A stretch of 64,000 nt of DNA. Origin: Spirochaetia bacterium. Lineage in GTDB: Bacteria; Spirochaetota; Spirochaetia; SZUA-6; Bin103. Position 1 is the first letter of the stretch; every line of letters begins with the position of its first letter. The DNA is taken from positions 960,001 through 1,024,000 of the forward strand of contig OZ241907.1 in assembly GCA_965203515.1 (NCBI GenBank), read 5' to 3'. The notes beneath the pieces are model-generated. The model was not told where the DNA came from. It ran no database searches and worked only from the letters and a program-made list of their open reading frames with translations. Both the position numbers and the translations under genes were made by a program. This document shows, in pieces, positions 1 to 8,711 of the stretch.

Positions 1-300
1 GGCCACGTCGATCAGGGCCATCTCCACGGCGCTGACGCCGCCGCCCTGCCGGCCGTGATGGCCGAACTGCTTGATGCGCCGGAACAACCGGTCGACGTCG
101 CACGGGTTCTCCCCGAGCAGGCGGGACTTGAGCATCAGCGCGTACGTCTTGCTGGCGCTGTCGCGCACTTCGCCGAAGCCGCTGATCCCCTGGTTGGTGT
201 CGATGCGGATCAGATAGCTGGTGAACGGGGCGGCCGCCAGCCGCGCGACCCGCAGGTCGGTAATCGCCAGCGCCGACGGGCGCGAGTGCCGGGAAACGAT
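1..300 (-). CDS. Mandelate racemase/muconate lactonizing (enolase superfamily) protein, N-terminal part; runs off the window edge
   Basis: Manual translation of the minus strand gives SRPSALAITDLRVARLAAAPFTSYLIRIDTNQGISGFGEVRDSASKTYALMLKSRLLGENPCDVDRLFRRIKQFGHHGRQGGGVSAVEMALIDVA, typical of an MR_MLE N-domain. Not in the ORF track; no in-frame ATG/GTG/TTG before the divergent gene, so the start is uncertain. Confidence 0.8.
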   Translation of the reverse strand, partial: MVSRHSRPSALAITDLRVARLAAAPFTSYLIRIDTNQGISGFGEVRDSASKTYALMLKSRLLGENPCDVDRLFRRIKQFGHHGRQGGGVSAVEMALIDVA

Positions 301-341
301 CGGGTATGATAGCAGACGTGCAGGACATCCGCGACACGGCG
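239..341. repeat. 103-bp direct repeat, copy 1 (copy 2 at 2405-2507)
   Basis: Direct comparison shows one mismatch (331 G vs 2497 A). Confidence 0.95.
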
Positions 342-391
342 CTGCCGGACGTCCGGTCCGAGCGGACGCGCCCGGAGCGGCAGACCGGGCA

Positions 392-2266
392 GTGATCCGC
401 CGCTTCACGATCAGGGGATTCAAGCGGTTCGAGCGGGAGACGGCGATCGACCTCGATCCCGTGACCGTGCTCGTCGGCGCCAACAACAGCGGCAAGTCGA
501 CGATCCTGGAGGCGCTGACGCTGTTCCAGTACTGCGTCGAGACGGCGCGCCGCGCCAACGGCAACGGCCGCGGCAACGAGCGCAACGGCCGGATCGATCT
601 GGCGCGGCGGTCGGTAAGCCCCGATCAGTTCGGCGTCCTCCCCGTTGCGGAACCGACCGACATGTGGCCGAACGGACGCACCATCTCCGGCAAGGAACAG
701 CAGTCGATCGAGCTCCGCGCGGATTACGACAACGGCGCCGAGATCGCCTTTACGTTGAAGCTCAGCTACAACCGATTCAGCATAACCCCGCGGTCAAGCG
801 GCGACGTAACGGAAGCCGTCCACCAGCGGGACATCCGCCTGATACCGGTATTTTCCGGGTTCCTGCCGCGCGAGGAGTACCTGACCCTCCCGGCGCGCCA
901 GGAACGGATGCGGCTGCAACGCCACGGCGAGATGGTGCGCAATCTGCTCTGGGATCTGAGGGAGCGGGACGAAGCGCGCTGGAAGACGCTGATCGAGCTG
1001 CTCCGCGACCTGTTCCCGGAGAGCGTCCTGCGCATCGACTTCGACGTGGACGTCGACCGGTTCATCAACGCCGCCTATCGCGATCGGGCGCTCACCAGGG
1101 AACTGGACGTGGTGGTGACCGGCTCGGGATTCCATCAGGCGCTGCAGATACTGGTGTCGGTCCTCACTCCCGGAGCACGGGTGCTGCTGTTGGACGAACC
1201 CGATGCCCATCTCCACGCCCGGCTGCAGGAGCAGCTCATGGGCATCATGGTACGGCTTGCTCGTGACGAGCAGGCCCAGTTCATCCTGGCCACGCACTCC
1301 CCACAGCTTCTGAGCGCGGCTCCCGAGGGCTCGATCAGGGTCTGCCGGGACGGGAAGGTGGTCCCGCTCGATCTTGGACCGGGGCAGTTCCGATTGCTCG
1401 AAGACCTGGGCGCCATGGACCGCATGGAAATCGTCCCGCTGCTGACCAACCGCGCGCTCGTCTTCGTCGAGAACCGGAGCGATCGCACGCTGCTCGAAGC
1501 GTTTGCGCGCCGGCAGTGGGGCGAGCGGAAGCAGCGGGACGTCTGGCGCGCCCTGACCTTCCTGTACACGTACCAGGGACCGGCGGAGGCGCGCGTGCCG
1601 GACTTGGCGCGGCAGGTGAACGATCTGCTCCGCAGTACCGGCGTCGCGGGTCAGCCGATGCGCATGGTGGTAATCGGCGACCGCGACTATCGCACCGACG
1701 CCGCGTGGCGCAGGGAGCGGCTTGCGCTCACCAGGCGGGCGCAAGCGGCGCCGTATCGGCTGGAGCTCACCGTGCGGTTGTGGGAAGCCAACGAGATCGA
1801 GAACTACCTGCTCGATGTCGGAGCGCTCGCCGGCGCCCTGCATCGGCAAGCCGCCGCGAAGGGCGTGGAGCGGGAGTGGCGCCGGTGTGAGGACGCCTTC
1901 GTCGATGCGTTGCGTTCCCTTGTGGACGAGCAGCGGGAACGGGTCCGTCAGGCCGTTGCCACGCGCATCCAGAATGACGACCGCAGCTTGGCGCTGAGCA
2001 CGGCCATAGGGCAGGCGGACGCCTTCCTGCGCCAGGCGTGGGAGGAGCCGACGCGCTGGTGCGATGCGAAGGAGGTGTTCCGGCGGCTGCGCGCCTGGCT
2101 GCAAGAGCAGGGGCTTTCCTTGCGGATCGTGGATGCCGAGATCATCGACGCCATGGCCGCCGTGCCCGACGACGTGCGGAAGGTCCTCCGCGAACTGCAG
2201 CGGATCGCCAATCCGCGCGCCGCACGCTCCCGGACCGCCTCGACGAGCCGCGCGTCACGCGCCTAA
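392..2266 (+). CDS. OLD-family-like ABC ATPase with C-terminal TOPRIM-like nuclease domain
   Basis: GTG start IRRFTIRGFKRF; Walker A GANNSGKS; signature GSGFHQ; Walker B LLLDEPDAHLH; H-loop ATHSP; TOPRIM-like VFVENRSD...GDRD...EIENYLL. Confidence 0.8.
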   Translation: MIRRFTIRGFKRFERETAIDLDPVTVLVGANNSGKSTILEALTLFQYCVETARRANGNGRGNERNGRIDLARRSVSPDQFGVLPVAEPTDMWPNGRTISGKEQQSIELRADYDNGAEIAFTLKLSYNRFSITPRSSGDVTEAVHQRDIRLIPVFSGFLPREEYLTLPARQERMRLQRHGEMVRNLLWDLRERDEARWKTLIELLRDLFPESVLRIDFDVDVDRFINAAYRDRALTRELDVVVTGSGFHQALQILVSVLTPGARVLLLDEPDAHLHARLQEQLMGIMVRLARDEQAQFILATHSPQLLSAAPEGSIRVCRDGKVVPLDLGPGQFRLLEDLGAMDRMEIVPLLTNRALVFVENRSDRTLLEAFARRQWGERKQRDVWRALTFLYTYQGPAEARVPDLARQVNDLLRSTGVAGQPMRMVVIGDRDYRTDAAWRRERLALTRRAQAAPYRLELTVRLWEANEIENYLLDVGALAGALHRQAAAKGVEREWRRCEDAFVDALRSLVDEQRERVRQAVATRIQNDDRSLALSTAIGQADAFLRQAWEEPTRWCDAKEVFRRLRAWLQEQGLSLRIVDAEIIDAMAAVPDDVRKVLRELQRIANPRAARSRTASTSRASRA

Positions 2267-2301
2267 CTGACGATGCGCTACGGATGGCGCGCAAATTCCG
2301 T

Positions 2302-2404
2302 GATCTCCGGGTAGGTCTCGCGCACGATGATCCCGTCCGCGTGATCGATCATCTCCGCCGACACGTTCGAGTGAATGTCGAGTTGGACGATGACCGGCAC
2401 CGCG
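2302..2404 (-). pseudogene. Internal fragment of the M81/MlrC peptidase gene (near-copy of 16823-16925)
   Basis: About 6 mismatches in 103 bp versus 16823-16925; translates VPVIVQLDIHSNVSAEMIDHADGIIVRETYPEI. Confidence 0.9.
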
Positions 2405-2507
2405 AGCCGCGCGACCCGCAGGTCGGTAATCGCCAGCGCCGACGGGCGCGAGTGCCGGGAAACGATCGGGTATGATAGCAGACGTGCAGGACATCCACGA
2501 CACGGCG
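2405..2507. repeat. 103-bp direct repeat, copy 2
   Basis: Matches 239-341. Confidence 0.95.
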
Positions 2508-2585
2508 GGCTGGCGCTGGTCTTCCACGGCTGGGAGCTGGTCTCCTGCGTAGCGGCGTAGGTCCGGTTCCGAGCGACGCGGCGAA

Positions 2586-4559
2586 ATGAGCAACGGCGAC
2601 CTGAACTGGATCGCGAACTACATCTGGGGCATCGCCGACGACGTGCTGCGCGACCTGTACGTGCGGGGCAAGTACCGCGACGTGATCCTGCCGATGACCG
2701 TGCTGCGCCGCCTCGACGCGGTGCTGGAGGACAGCAAGCAGGCGGTGTTGGACATGAGGGCCGCCCTCGACACCGCCGGCGTGATCGAGCAGGACGCGGC
2801 GTTGCGCCAGGCCGCCGGGCAGGGGTTCTACAACACTTCGCCGTTCTCGTTGCGCGACCTGCGCGCCCGCGCCAACCGCCGGCAACTCACCGCCGACTTC
2901 GAGGCGTGGCTCGACGGGTTCTCGCCCAACGTGCAGGACATCCTCGACAACTTCGAGTTCCGCAACCAGATCCCGCGCCTGTCGCGCGCCGACGCGCTCG
3001 GCACGCTGATCGAGAAGCTCACCGCCTCCGACGTCAACCTGAGCCCCGCCCCGGTGCGCCGCGACGACGGCTCGGTCGAGCAGCCCGGCCTCGACAACCA
3101 CGGTATGGGCACCATCTTCGAGGAGCTGGTGCGCCGCTTCAACGAGGAGAACAACGAGGAGGCGGGCGAGCACTGGACGCCGCGCGACGCCGTGACGTTG
3201 ATGGCCAGGCTGATCTTCCTGCCGGTCGCCGACCGCATCACCTCCGGCACCTATCTGCTGTACGACGGCGCCTGCGGCACCGGCGGCATGCTGACCGTGG
3301 CCGAGGAGACGCTGCGGCAGCTTGCCGCCGAGCACGGCAAGGAGGTCTCCACCCACCTGTACGGGCAGGAGATCAACGCCGAGACCTACGCCATCTGCAA
3401 GGCCGACCTGCTGCTGAAGGGCGAAGGCGAGGCGGCCGACAACATCGTCGGCGGTCCCGAGCACTCCACGCTGTCGAACGACGCCTTTCCGGCCCACGAG
3501 TTCGACTTCATGCTCTCCAATCCGCCGTACGGCAAGAGCTGGAAGACCGACCTGGAACGCATGGGCGGCAAGGGCGGCATGCGCGACCCGCGCTTCGTGA
3601 TCGAGCACGGCGGCGATGCCGAGTACTCGCTGGTGACCCGCTCCAGCGACGGGCAGATGCTGTTCCTGGCCAACAAGCTCGCCAAGATGAAGCGCGGCAC
3701 CCCACTCGGCAGCCGCATCGCCGAGGTGCATAACGGCAGCTCGCTGTTCACCGGCGACGCCGGGCAGGGCGAAAGCAACATCCGCCGCTGGATCATCGAG
3801 CACGACTGGCTGGAGGCGATCGTCGCGCTGCCGCTCAACCTGTTCTACAACACCGGCATCGCCACCTACGTGTGGGTGCTCGGCAACCGCAAGGCGGAGC
3901 GCCGGCGCGGCAAGGTGCAGCTGATCGACGCCACCGGCTGGCACCGGCCGCTGCGCAAGAACCTGGGTAAGAAGACGTGCGAGCTGGGCGAGGAGGACAT
4001 CGCCCGCATCTGCGACACGTTCCTGGCGTTCGAGGAGAGCGAGCAGAGCCGGATCTTCGACAACGCCGCCTTCGGCTACCGGAAGGTGACGGTCGAGCGC
4101 CCGCTGCGCATCGCCGGCGCCGACCCCGATCGCGCCTGCAAGGCCGCCGAGATCAGGAAGCTGAAGGAGAGCGGCACGCGCAACGCGAGCGCGCCGCCGG
4201 TGATCCGGAAGATTCACCGGCGGGGCACGGCCGCCGACCCGTTGCGCGGCCGGTTCGCGGCCACCGTCAAGGGCCGGCCCGCGGTGGTCGAATACGAGCC
4301 CGACCCCGACCTGCGCGACACCGAACAGGTCCCGCTGCAGGAGGCCGGCGGCATCGACGCCTTCCTGCGGCGCGAGGTGCTGCCCTATGCGGCCGACGCC
4401 TGGTACCGGGCCGACAGCGTGAAGATCGGCTACGAGATCAGCTTCACCCGCTACTTCTACCGACCGCCGCCGACGCGCACCCTGGAAGAAATCCGCGCCG
4501 ACATCCTGGCGGTCGAACAGGAGACCGCAGGGCTGCTCACCGCAATCCTCGGCAGGTAA
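2586..4559 (+). CDS. hsdM: Type I restriction-modification methyltransferase (M subunit, m6A)
   Basis: IWGIADDVLR N-terminus, GEHWTPR, motif I DGACGTGG, motif IV NPPY, LFYNTGIATY, C-terminal IGYEISFTRYFY. Confidence 0.95.
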   Translation: MSNGDLNWIANYIWGIADDVLRDLYVRGKYRDVILPMTVLRRLDAVLEDSKQAVLDMRAALDTAGVIEQDAALRQAAGQGFYNTSPFSLRDLRARANRRQLTADFEAWLDGFSPNVQDILDNFEFRNQIPRLSRADALGTLIEKLTASDVNLSPAPVRRDDGSVEQPGLDNHGMGTIFEELVRRFNEENNEEAGEHWTPRDAVTLMARLIFLPVADRITSGTYLLYDGACGTGGMLTVAEETLRQLAAEHGKEVSTHLYGQEINAETYAICKADLLLKGEGEAADNIVGGPEHSTLSNDAFPAHEFDFMLSNPPYGKSWKTDLERMGGKGGMRDPRFVIEHGGDAEYSLVTRSSDGQMLFLANKLAKMKRGTPLGSRIAEVHNGSSLFTGDAGQGESNIRRWIIEHDWLEAIVALPLNLFYNTGIATYVWVLGNRKAERRRGKVQLIDATGWHRPLRKNLGKKTCELGEEDIARICDTFLAFEESEQSRIFDNAAFGYRKVTVERPLRIAGADPDRACKAAEIRKLKESGTRNASAPPVIRKIHRRGTAADPLRGRFAATVKGRPAVVEYEPDPDLRDTEQVPLQEAGGIDAFLRREVLPYAADAWYRADSVKIGYEISFTRYFYRPPPTRTLEEIRADILAVEQETAGLLTAILGR

Positions 4560-4666
4560 CCCCCATCGGTCTCAGCGCGTCGGCGGCCGGGTTGCCGGGT
4601 CTGTCTGCCTGCCGCGTCCTGCTTGTGAACCGACCCGTTGACGCATAGACTGCGGAACGCGCGACC

Positions 4667-5668
4667 ATGGCACGAGCCGATCTGATCCTGACACTGATCA
4701 AGGCCAGCCGACAGGGCGACGACCAGCAGGTACGGAAGACGGTCGAAGCGCTCGCCGCCGAGGAGCGGGCGAAGAATCACACCATCCTGGCGGACCGGCT
4801 GCTGGCGCAGCTGCAATCCGATAACGGCCGGCGCGGGCAGGCGGCGCCCCTGCTCAGCCGTTCGGCGGCGGGACCTCTGGTAACCGAAACCGTACCGGCC
4901 CGTGATCTCGCGGACCTGATCTTGCCGGCGGAGGCCGGAGAGACCATGCGCGAATTGGTGGCCGAGCAGCACCGGGCCGATCTGCTGCGGTCGTACGGCC
5001 TGGAGCCCCGCAACCGGGTGTTGCTCGCCGGTCCGCCCGGCAACGGCAAGACCACCCTTGCGGAGGCGTTGGCGTGCACCTTGCACGTCCCGCTGATCGT
5101 CGTCCGGTATGAGGCGGTCATCGGCAGCTACCTGGGCGAGACCGCGCAGCGGATCGAGCAGGTCTTCGAACACGCCCGATCACGGCACTGCGTGTTGTTC
5201 TTCGACGAGTTCGATGTGGTGGGAAAGGAACGCGGCGATCGGCACGAGACCGGCGAAATAAAGCGTGTCGTGAGTTCGCTGTTGCTCCAGATCGACGCTC
5301 TTCCCAGCTACGTCGTAGCGGTGGCGGCAAGCAATCATCCGGAGCTGCTCGACCGCGCCGTATGGCGCCGCTTCCAGATTCGGCTGGAGTTGCCGTCTCC
5401 GACTCAGAGACAGATCGAGGAGTGGTTCAGACGGTTCGAGAAGCGCCACCGACAGCCGCTCGGCCTGCCGCCGCGGAGCCTCGCCCAGCGGCTGCGTGGA
5501 CTGAGCTTCGCCGAGGTCGAAGACTTCGGAACCGATGTACTGCGCAAGATCGCGCTGGGACAACCGGACTCCGACATCAACGCCATCGTCGAGCGCCGGC
5601 TGCGCCACTGGAAGAAGCGTTATACGCTCAAGCGACGTAGTGAGAGCACCGACGGCGCCGCTTCATAG
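4667..5668 (+). CDS. ietA: AAA+ ATPase of an IetAS-type system
   Basis: MARADL N-terminus, Walker A GPPGNGKT, Walker B FFDEFD, GEIKRVVSSLL, LLDRAVWRRF; immediately upstream of an S8 protease. Confidence 0.85.
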   Translation: MARADLILTLIKASRQGDDQQVRKTVEALAAEERAKNHTILADRLLAQLQSDNGRRGQAAPLLSRSAAGPLVTETVPARDLADLILPAEAGETMRELVAEQHRADLLRSYGLEPRNRVLLAGPPGNGKTTLAEALACTLHVPLIVVRYEAVIGSYLGETAQRIEQVFEHARSRHCVLFFDEFDVVGKERGDRHETGEIKRVVSSLLLQIDALPSYVVAVAASNHPELLDRAVWRRFQIRLELPSPTQRQIEEWFRRFEKRHRQPLGLPPRSLAQRLRGLSFAEVEDFGTDVLRKIALGQPDSDINAIVERRLRHWKKRYTLKRRSESTDGAAS

Positions 5669-5670
5669 CA

Positions 5671-8289
5671 ATGGCCGATATCGAGTTTCCGCTTCTCGTC
5701 TTTCCTGAACCCGACCACGCAGATCGATCACCGAGAAGTGGTGGTGCGGGGAAAATAAGATCTCCAGTTCCCGCAAAGCAAGCGCAGCGGATCGCACCTC
5801 AGTTCGAGCGTCTCCAGGAAGCACTGGAAGAGCGCCGTCTAGCGCTTCAAGATAACCCGCTCGGCATTGTCCCGGAACAAGTCCTGGTGATCGAGACCAT
5901 CGGTTCCATACAGAACTTCGTCGGAGCCATCGGCAGGATCGAAGGATTGGAGTGGTTGAGCGAGCACGAACTCGAGGACATTGAACCTGAGTACGGATTT
6001 GAGGACGAGAACAAACCAGACAAGGATCTAAATGGTCAACTGTTTCTGGTCATGACGGACCAGCAGGCCCTCAGCCAGCTGCATAGTCTGTTCAAACTAT
6101 GGACGAACGATCACGATACCGATTTTCCGCACGGATTGGCCCCCCTGAAGCACGCGTTCGAACATCTCCACACGATCCGGCCTTGGGGAGTCGAGGATCG
6201 AATTCAGGAGACGGGTGTCCTCGAAGACTGGCAGGAGCGACTGCAGCACGACGACGTAAACGAGGTTCCCTTCGAGGCCGAGTTGTGGTTCAGAGATGAC
6301 CAGAATCGTCGTGAACAGGCCGAATCGCTACTTCGCGATATTATAGCGTCTCATGACGGTCAGGTGACCGCGCAATGCGTGATCACGGATATCCGCTGTC
6401 ATGCCGTCCTCGGCCGCCTGCCGCGCACCGAGGTACAGGCGATCATCGATACGCCGCAAGAGAGAAAAAACATCCGATGGCTGCAGTGTGACGACATCAT
6501 GCATGTCAGACCGGTGGGTCAATGTGCGGTTGGCATATCGCCAGAACAGCACCAGGAGCGGCTTTCAGATGACGAACTGGCTCAACTCGTGTCGGCTCAG
6601 GAATCTAATGACGGAGAGCCTGTTATAGCCCTCTTCGACGGGATGCCTCTGACCGGACACCGATTGCTCGACAACCAAGTTACGGTCGACGATCCAGATG
6701 GATATGAAGCGACCTACCAAGCCCACGAACGGGTACACGGCACGGGTATGGCGTCGCTCATCTGTCACGAGGATCTTGACAGACATGGCGAAGCGATAGG
6801 GAGCCGGTTGTACGCGAGACCTATCCTTCAGCCTCGGCGTGGATACGATGGACGGTTCAACGAAGCGATTCCTGCGCATGTCTTGCCAGTCGATCTCATC
6901 CATAGGTCAGTCCGGAGACTATTCGAACCGGACGGCAATGAACCGCCCGCGGCTCCCACGGTCAGGTTTGTAAACTTGTCAGTCTGCGATCCCGCCCGGC
7001 CGTTCATACGGGAGATGAGCTCATGGGCACGGCTACTGGATTGGCTGGCGTGGAAGTACCAGATACTGTTCATCGTCAGCGCGGGTAATCATTCCCAGAA
7101 CATCGAGTTGGAAGTTCCACGCGCCGCTTTCGCCAGTCTCTCGCCTTCCGATCTAGAGCGAGCAGTAGTCAAGGCTTTGGCGGCGGACACACGCAACCGG
7201 CGCCTGCTGTCACCCGCCGAGACGCTCAATGGCCTGACCATCGGCGCGCTTCATCAAGACGTATCCCGACCTGTGACCTCATACTTGATCGATCCGTTTG
7301 TCCAGGCAGATATGTCGAACGTGGTGAGCGCACATGGTCCTGGATACCGTCGCGCAATCAAACCCGATATATTTCTTTCAGGAGGCCGGCAACTGCTGAG
7401 GGAAAAACTGGCGAATACACACCAGAAGGCGGTGCTGGAGATCGTAAAATCGACCACTCCACCGGGTCAACGAGTTGCTACACCAGGAAACGCCGGCCAA
7501 TTGAACCGAACACGGTATACAAGAGGCACCAGCAATGCTGCGGCTATCGCTACACACGGAGCGGCCCTGCTGTATCGCCTTCTCGGTGAACTTCGTCAGC
7601 GCTCAAGCGTGCATGTGCCACCGGAATATGACGTAGTACTGACGAAGGCACTACTCGCCCACGGTGCGGCCTGGGGCAGCGCCCTGAGCTCTTACGAAGC
7701 CGCTCTCAAGAACCCCGATAATAGCAGGACATTCAGGGAGTATGTTGGGCGTTTCCTGGGGTACGGTCCAGTGACCCTCGCGAAAGTGATGAGCTGCGCG
7801 GAGGAACGAGTCACCGTCCTCGGATTCGGCGATCTCCACGACGGTGAAGGCGCCGTGTTCTCTCTTCCACTTCCGCCTTGCCTGTCAGCTAAAAGGGTCC
7901 GTCGGCGTTTGACCATCACTCTCGCGTGGCTGTCACCCGTGAACATCTCGAATCGAGCATATCGAGTTGCTGACCTCTGGTTTGATCCCAACAACAAGAT
8001 CGCTCCGAAGCGTCTGTTTGCCGATCACCACGCTGTAAGGAGAGGAACCTTGCAGCACGAATTGTTGGAGGGAGACCAGGCCACAGTCTTCCAAGATGGT
8101 GATACCATGAAAATAAAGGTCAATTGCCGGTCCGATGCCGGTGATATTCCGGACCGAATCAGATACGGATTGGCGATTACATTGGAAATAGTAGAAGATC
8201 AACAATCCCTCTTTGTCTATCCGATCTATGAGGAAGTTCGTGACCGGCTGGCCATTCGCGTACTGATTCAAGGGACGAGTGCCACGTGA
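5671..8289 (+). CDS. ietS: Subtilisin-like S8 serine protease of an IetAS-type system
   Basis: Catalytic D (LFDG), H (HGTGMASLI), oxyanion SAGN, S (GTSNAA); LSPAETLNGLTIGA; visibly lower GC than the flanks. Confidence 0.85.
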   Translation: MADIEFPLLVFPEPDHADRSPRSGGAGKIRSPVPAKQAQRIAPQFERLQEALEERRLALQDNPLGIVPEQVLVIETIGSIQNFVGAIGRIEGLEWLSEHELEDIEPEYGFEDENKPDKDLNGQLFLVMTDQQALSQLHSLFKLWTNDHDTDFPHGLAPLKHAFEHLHTIRPWGVEDRIQETGVLEDWQERLQHDDVNEVPFEAELWFRDDQNRREQAESLLRDIIASHDGQVTAQCVITDIRCHAVLGRLPRTEVQAIIDTPQERKNIRWLQCDDIMHVRPVGQCAVGISPEQHQERLSDDELAQLVSAQESNDGEPVIALFDGMPLTGHRLLDNQVTVDDPDGYEATYQAHERVHGTGMASLICHEDLDRHGEAIGSRLYARPILQPRRGYDGRFNEAIPAHVLPVDLIHRSVRRLFEPDGNEPPAAPTVRFVNLSVCDPARPFIREMSSWARLLDWLAWKYQILFIVSAGNHSQNIELEVPRAAFASLSPSDLERAVVKALAADTRNRRLLSPAETLNGLTIGALHQDVSRPVTSYLIDPFVQADMSNVVSAHGPGYRRAIKPDIFLSGGRQLLREKLANTHQKAVLEIVKSTTPPGQRVATPGNAGQLNRTRYTRGTSNAAAIATHGAALLYRLLGELRQRSSVHVPPEYDVVLTKALLAHGAAWGSALSSYEAALKNPDNSRTFREYVGRFLGYGPVTLAKVMSCAEERVTVLGFGDLHDGEGAVFSLPLPPCLSAKRVRRRLTITLAWLSPVNISNRAYRVADLWFDPNNKIAPKRLFADHHAVRRGTLQHELLEGDQATVFQDGDTMKIKVNCRSDAGDIPDRIRYGLAITLEIVEDQQSLFVYPIYEEVRDRLAIRVLIQGTSAT

Positions 8290-8711
8290 ACGACGCCACG
8301 CCGCGTTGGAAGTATCGGTTTGCCAACTACAAGCGCGCCTTGACGCTGCTGCGGGAGGCGATGGACACGAGGAACGAGTCCGGCCTGAATCAATTGGAGA
8401 CGGAGGGCGCGATTCAGAGATTCGAGGTCACCATGGAGCTGGCGTGGAACGTCATGAAGGATTATCTGCAACATGACGGGGTGGCGTTCGATCAAATCAC
8501 GCCTCGATCGGTCATCAGAAAGGCTTGCGAGGCCAAACTCACCGAGCATGGAGCGACGTGGATGGATGCGCTCGACGCTCGCAACAAGATGTCCCACACC
8601 TATGACGCTCAGGCCGCCGACCGGGTGGTCGACGAGATAGCGAACCGCTATCTCGCCGCCATGGAAGACCTCTGCCGTTTCCTGACGGCGAAGGATGTGG
8701 AACATGGCTGA
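8286..8711 (+). CDS. HEPN-domain protein (HI0074 / nucleotidyltransferase substrate-binding family), putative RNase toxin
   Basis: GAIQRFEVTMELAW and an R-X4-H motif (RNKMSH); overlaps the ietS stop and the downstream MNT start. Confidence 0.9.
   Translation: MNDATPRWKYRFANYKRALTLLREAMDTRNESGLNQLETEGAIQRFEVTMELAWNVMKDYLQHDGVAFDQITPRSVIRKACEAKLTEHGATWMDALDARNKMSHTYDAQAADRVVDEIANRYLAAMEDLCRFLTAKDVEHG

Noticed and set aside
2349..4217. Long antisense and alternate-frame ORFs (e.g. 2349-4217 -, 12707-15736 -, 51558-56027 +, 27185-29776 +)
   Set aside because: Shadow ORFs of high-GC coding sequence lying opposite genes with clear family motifs; they have no recognisable domains.
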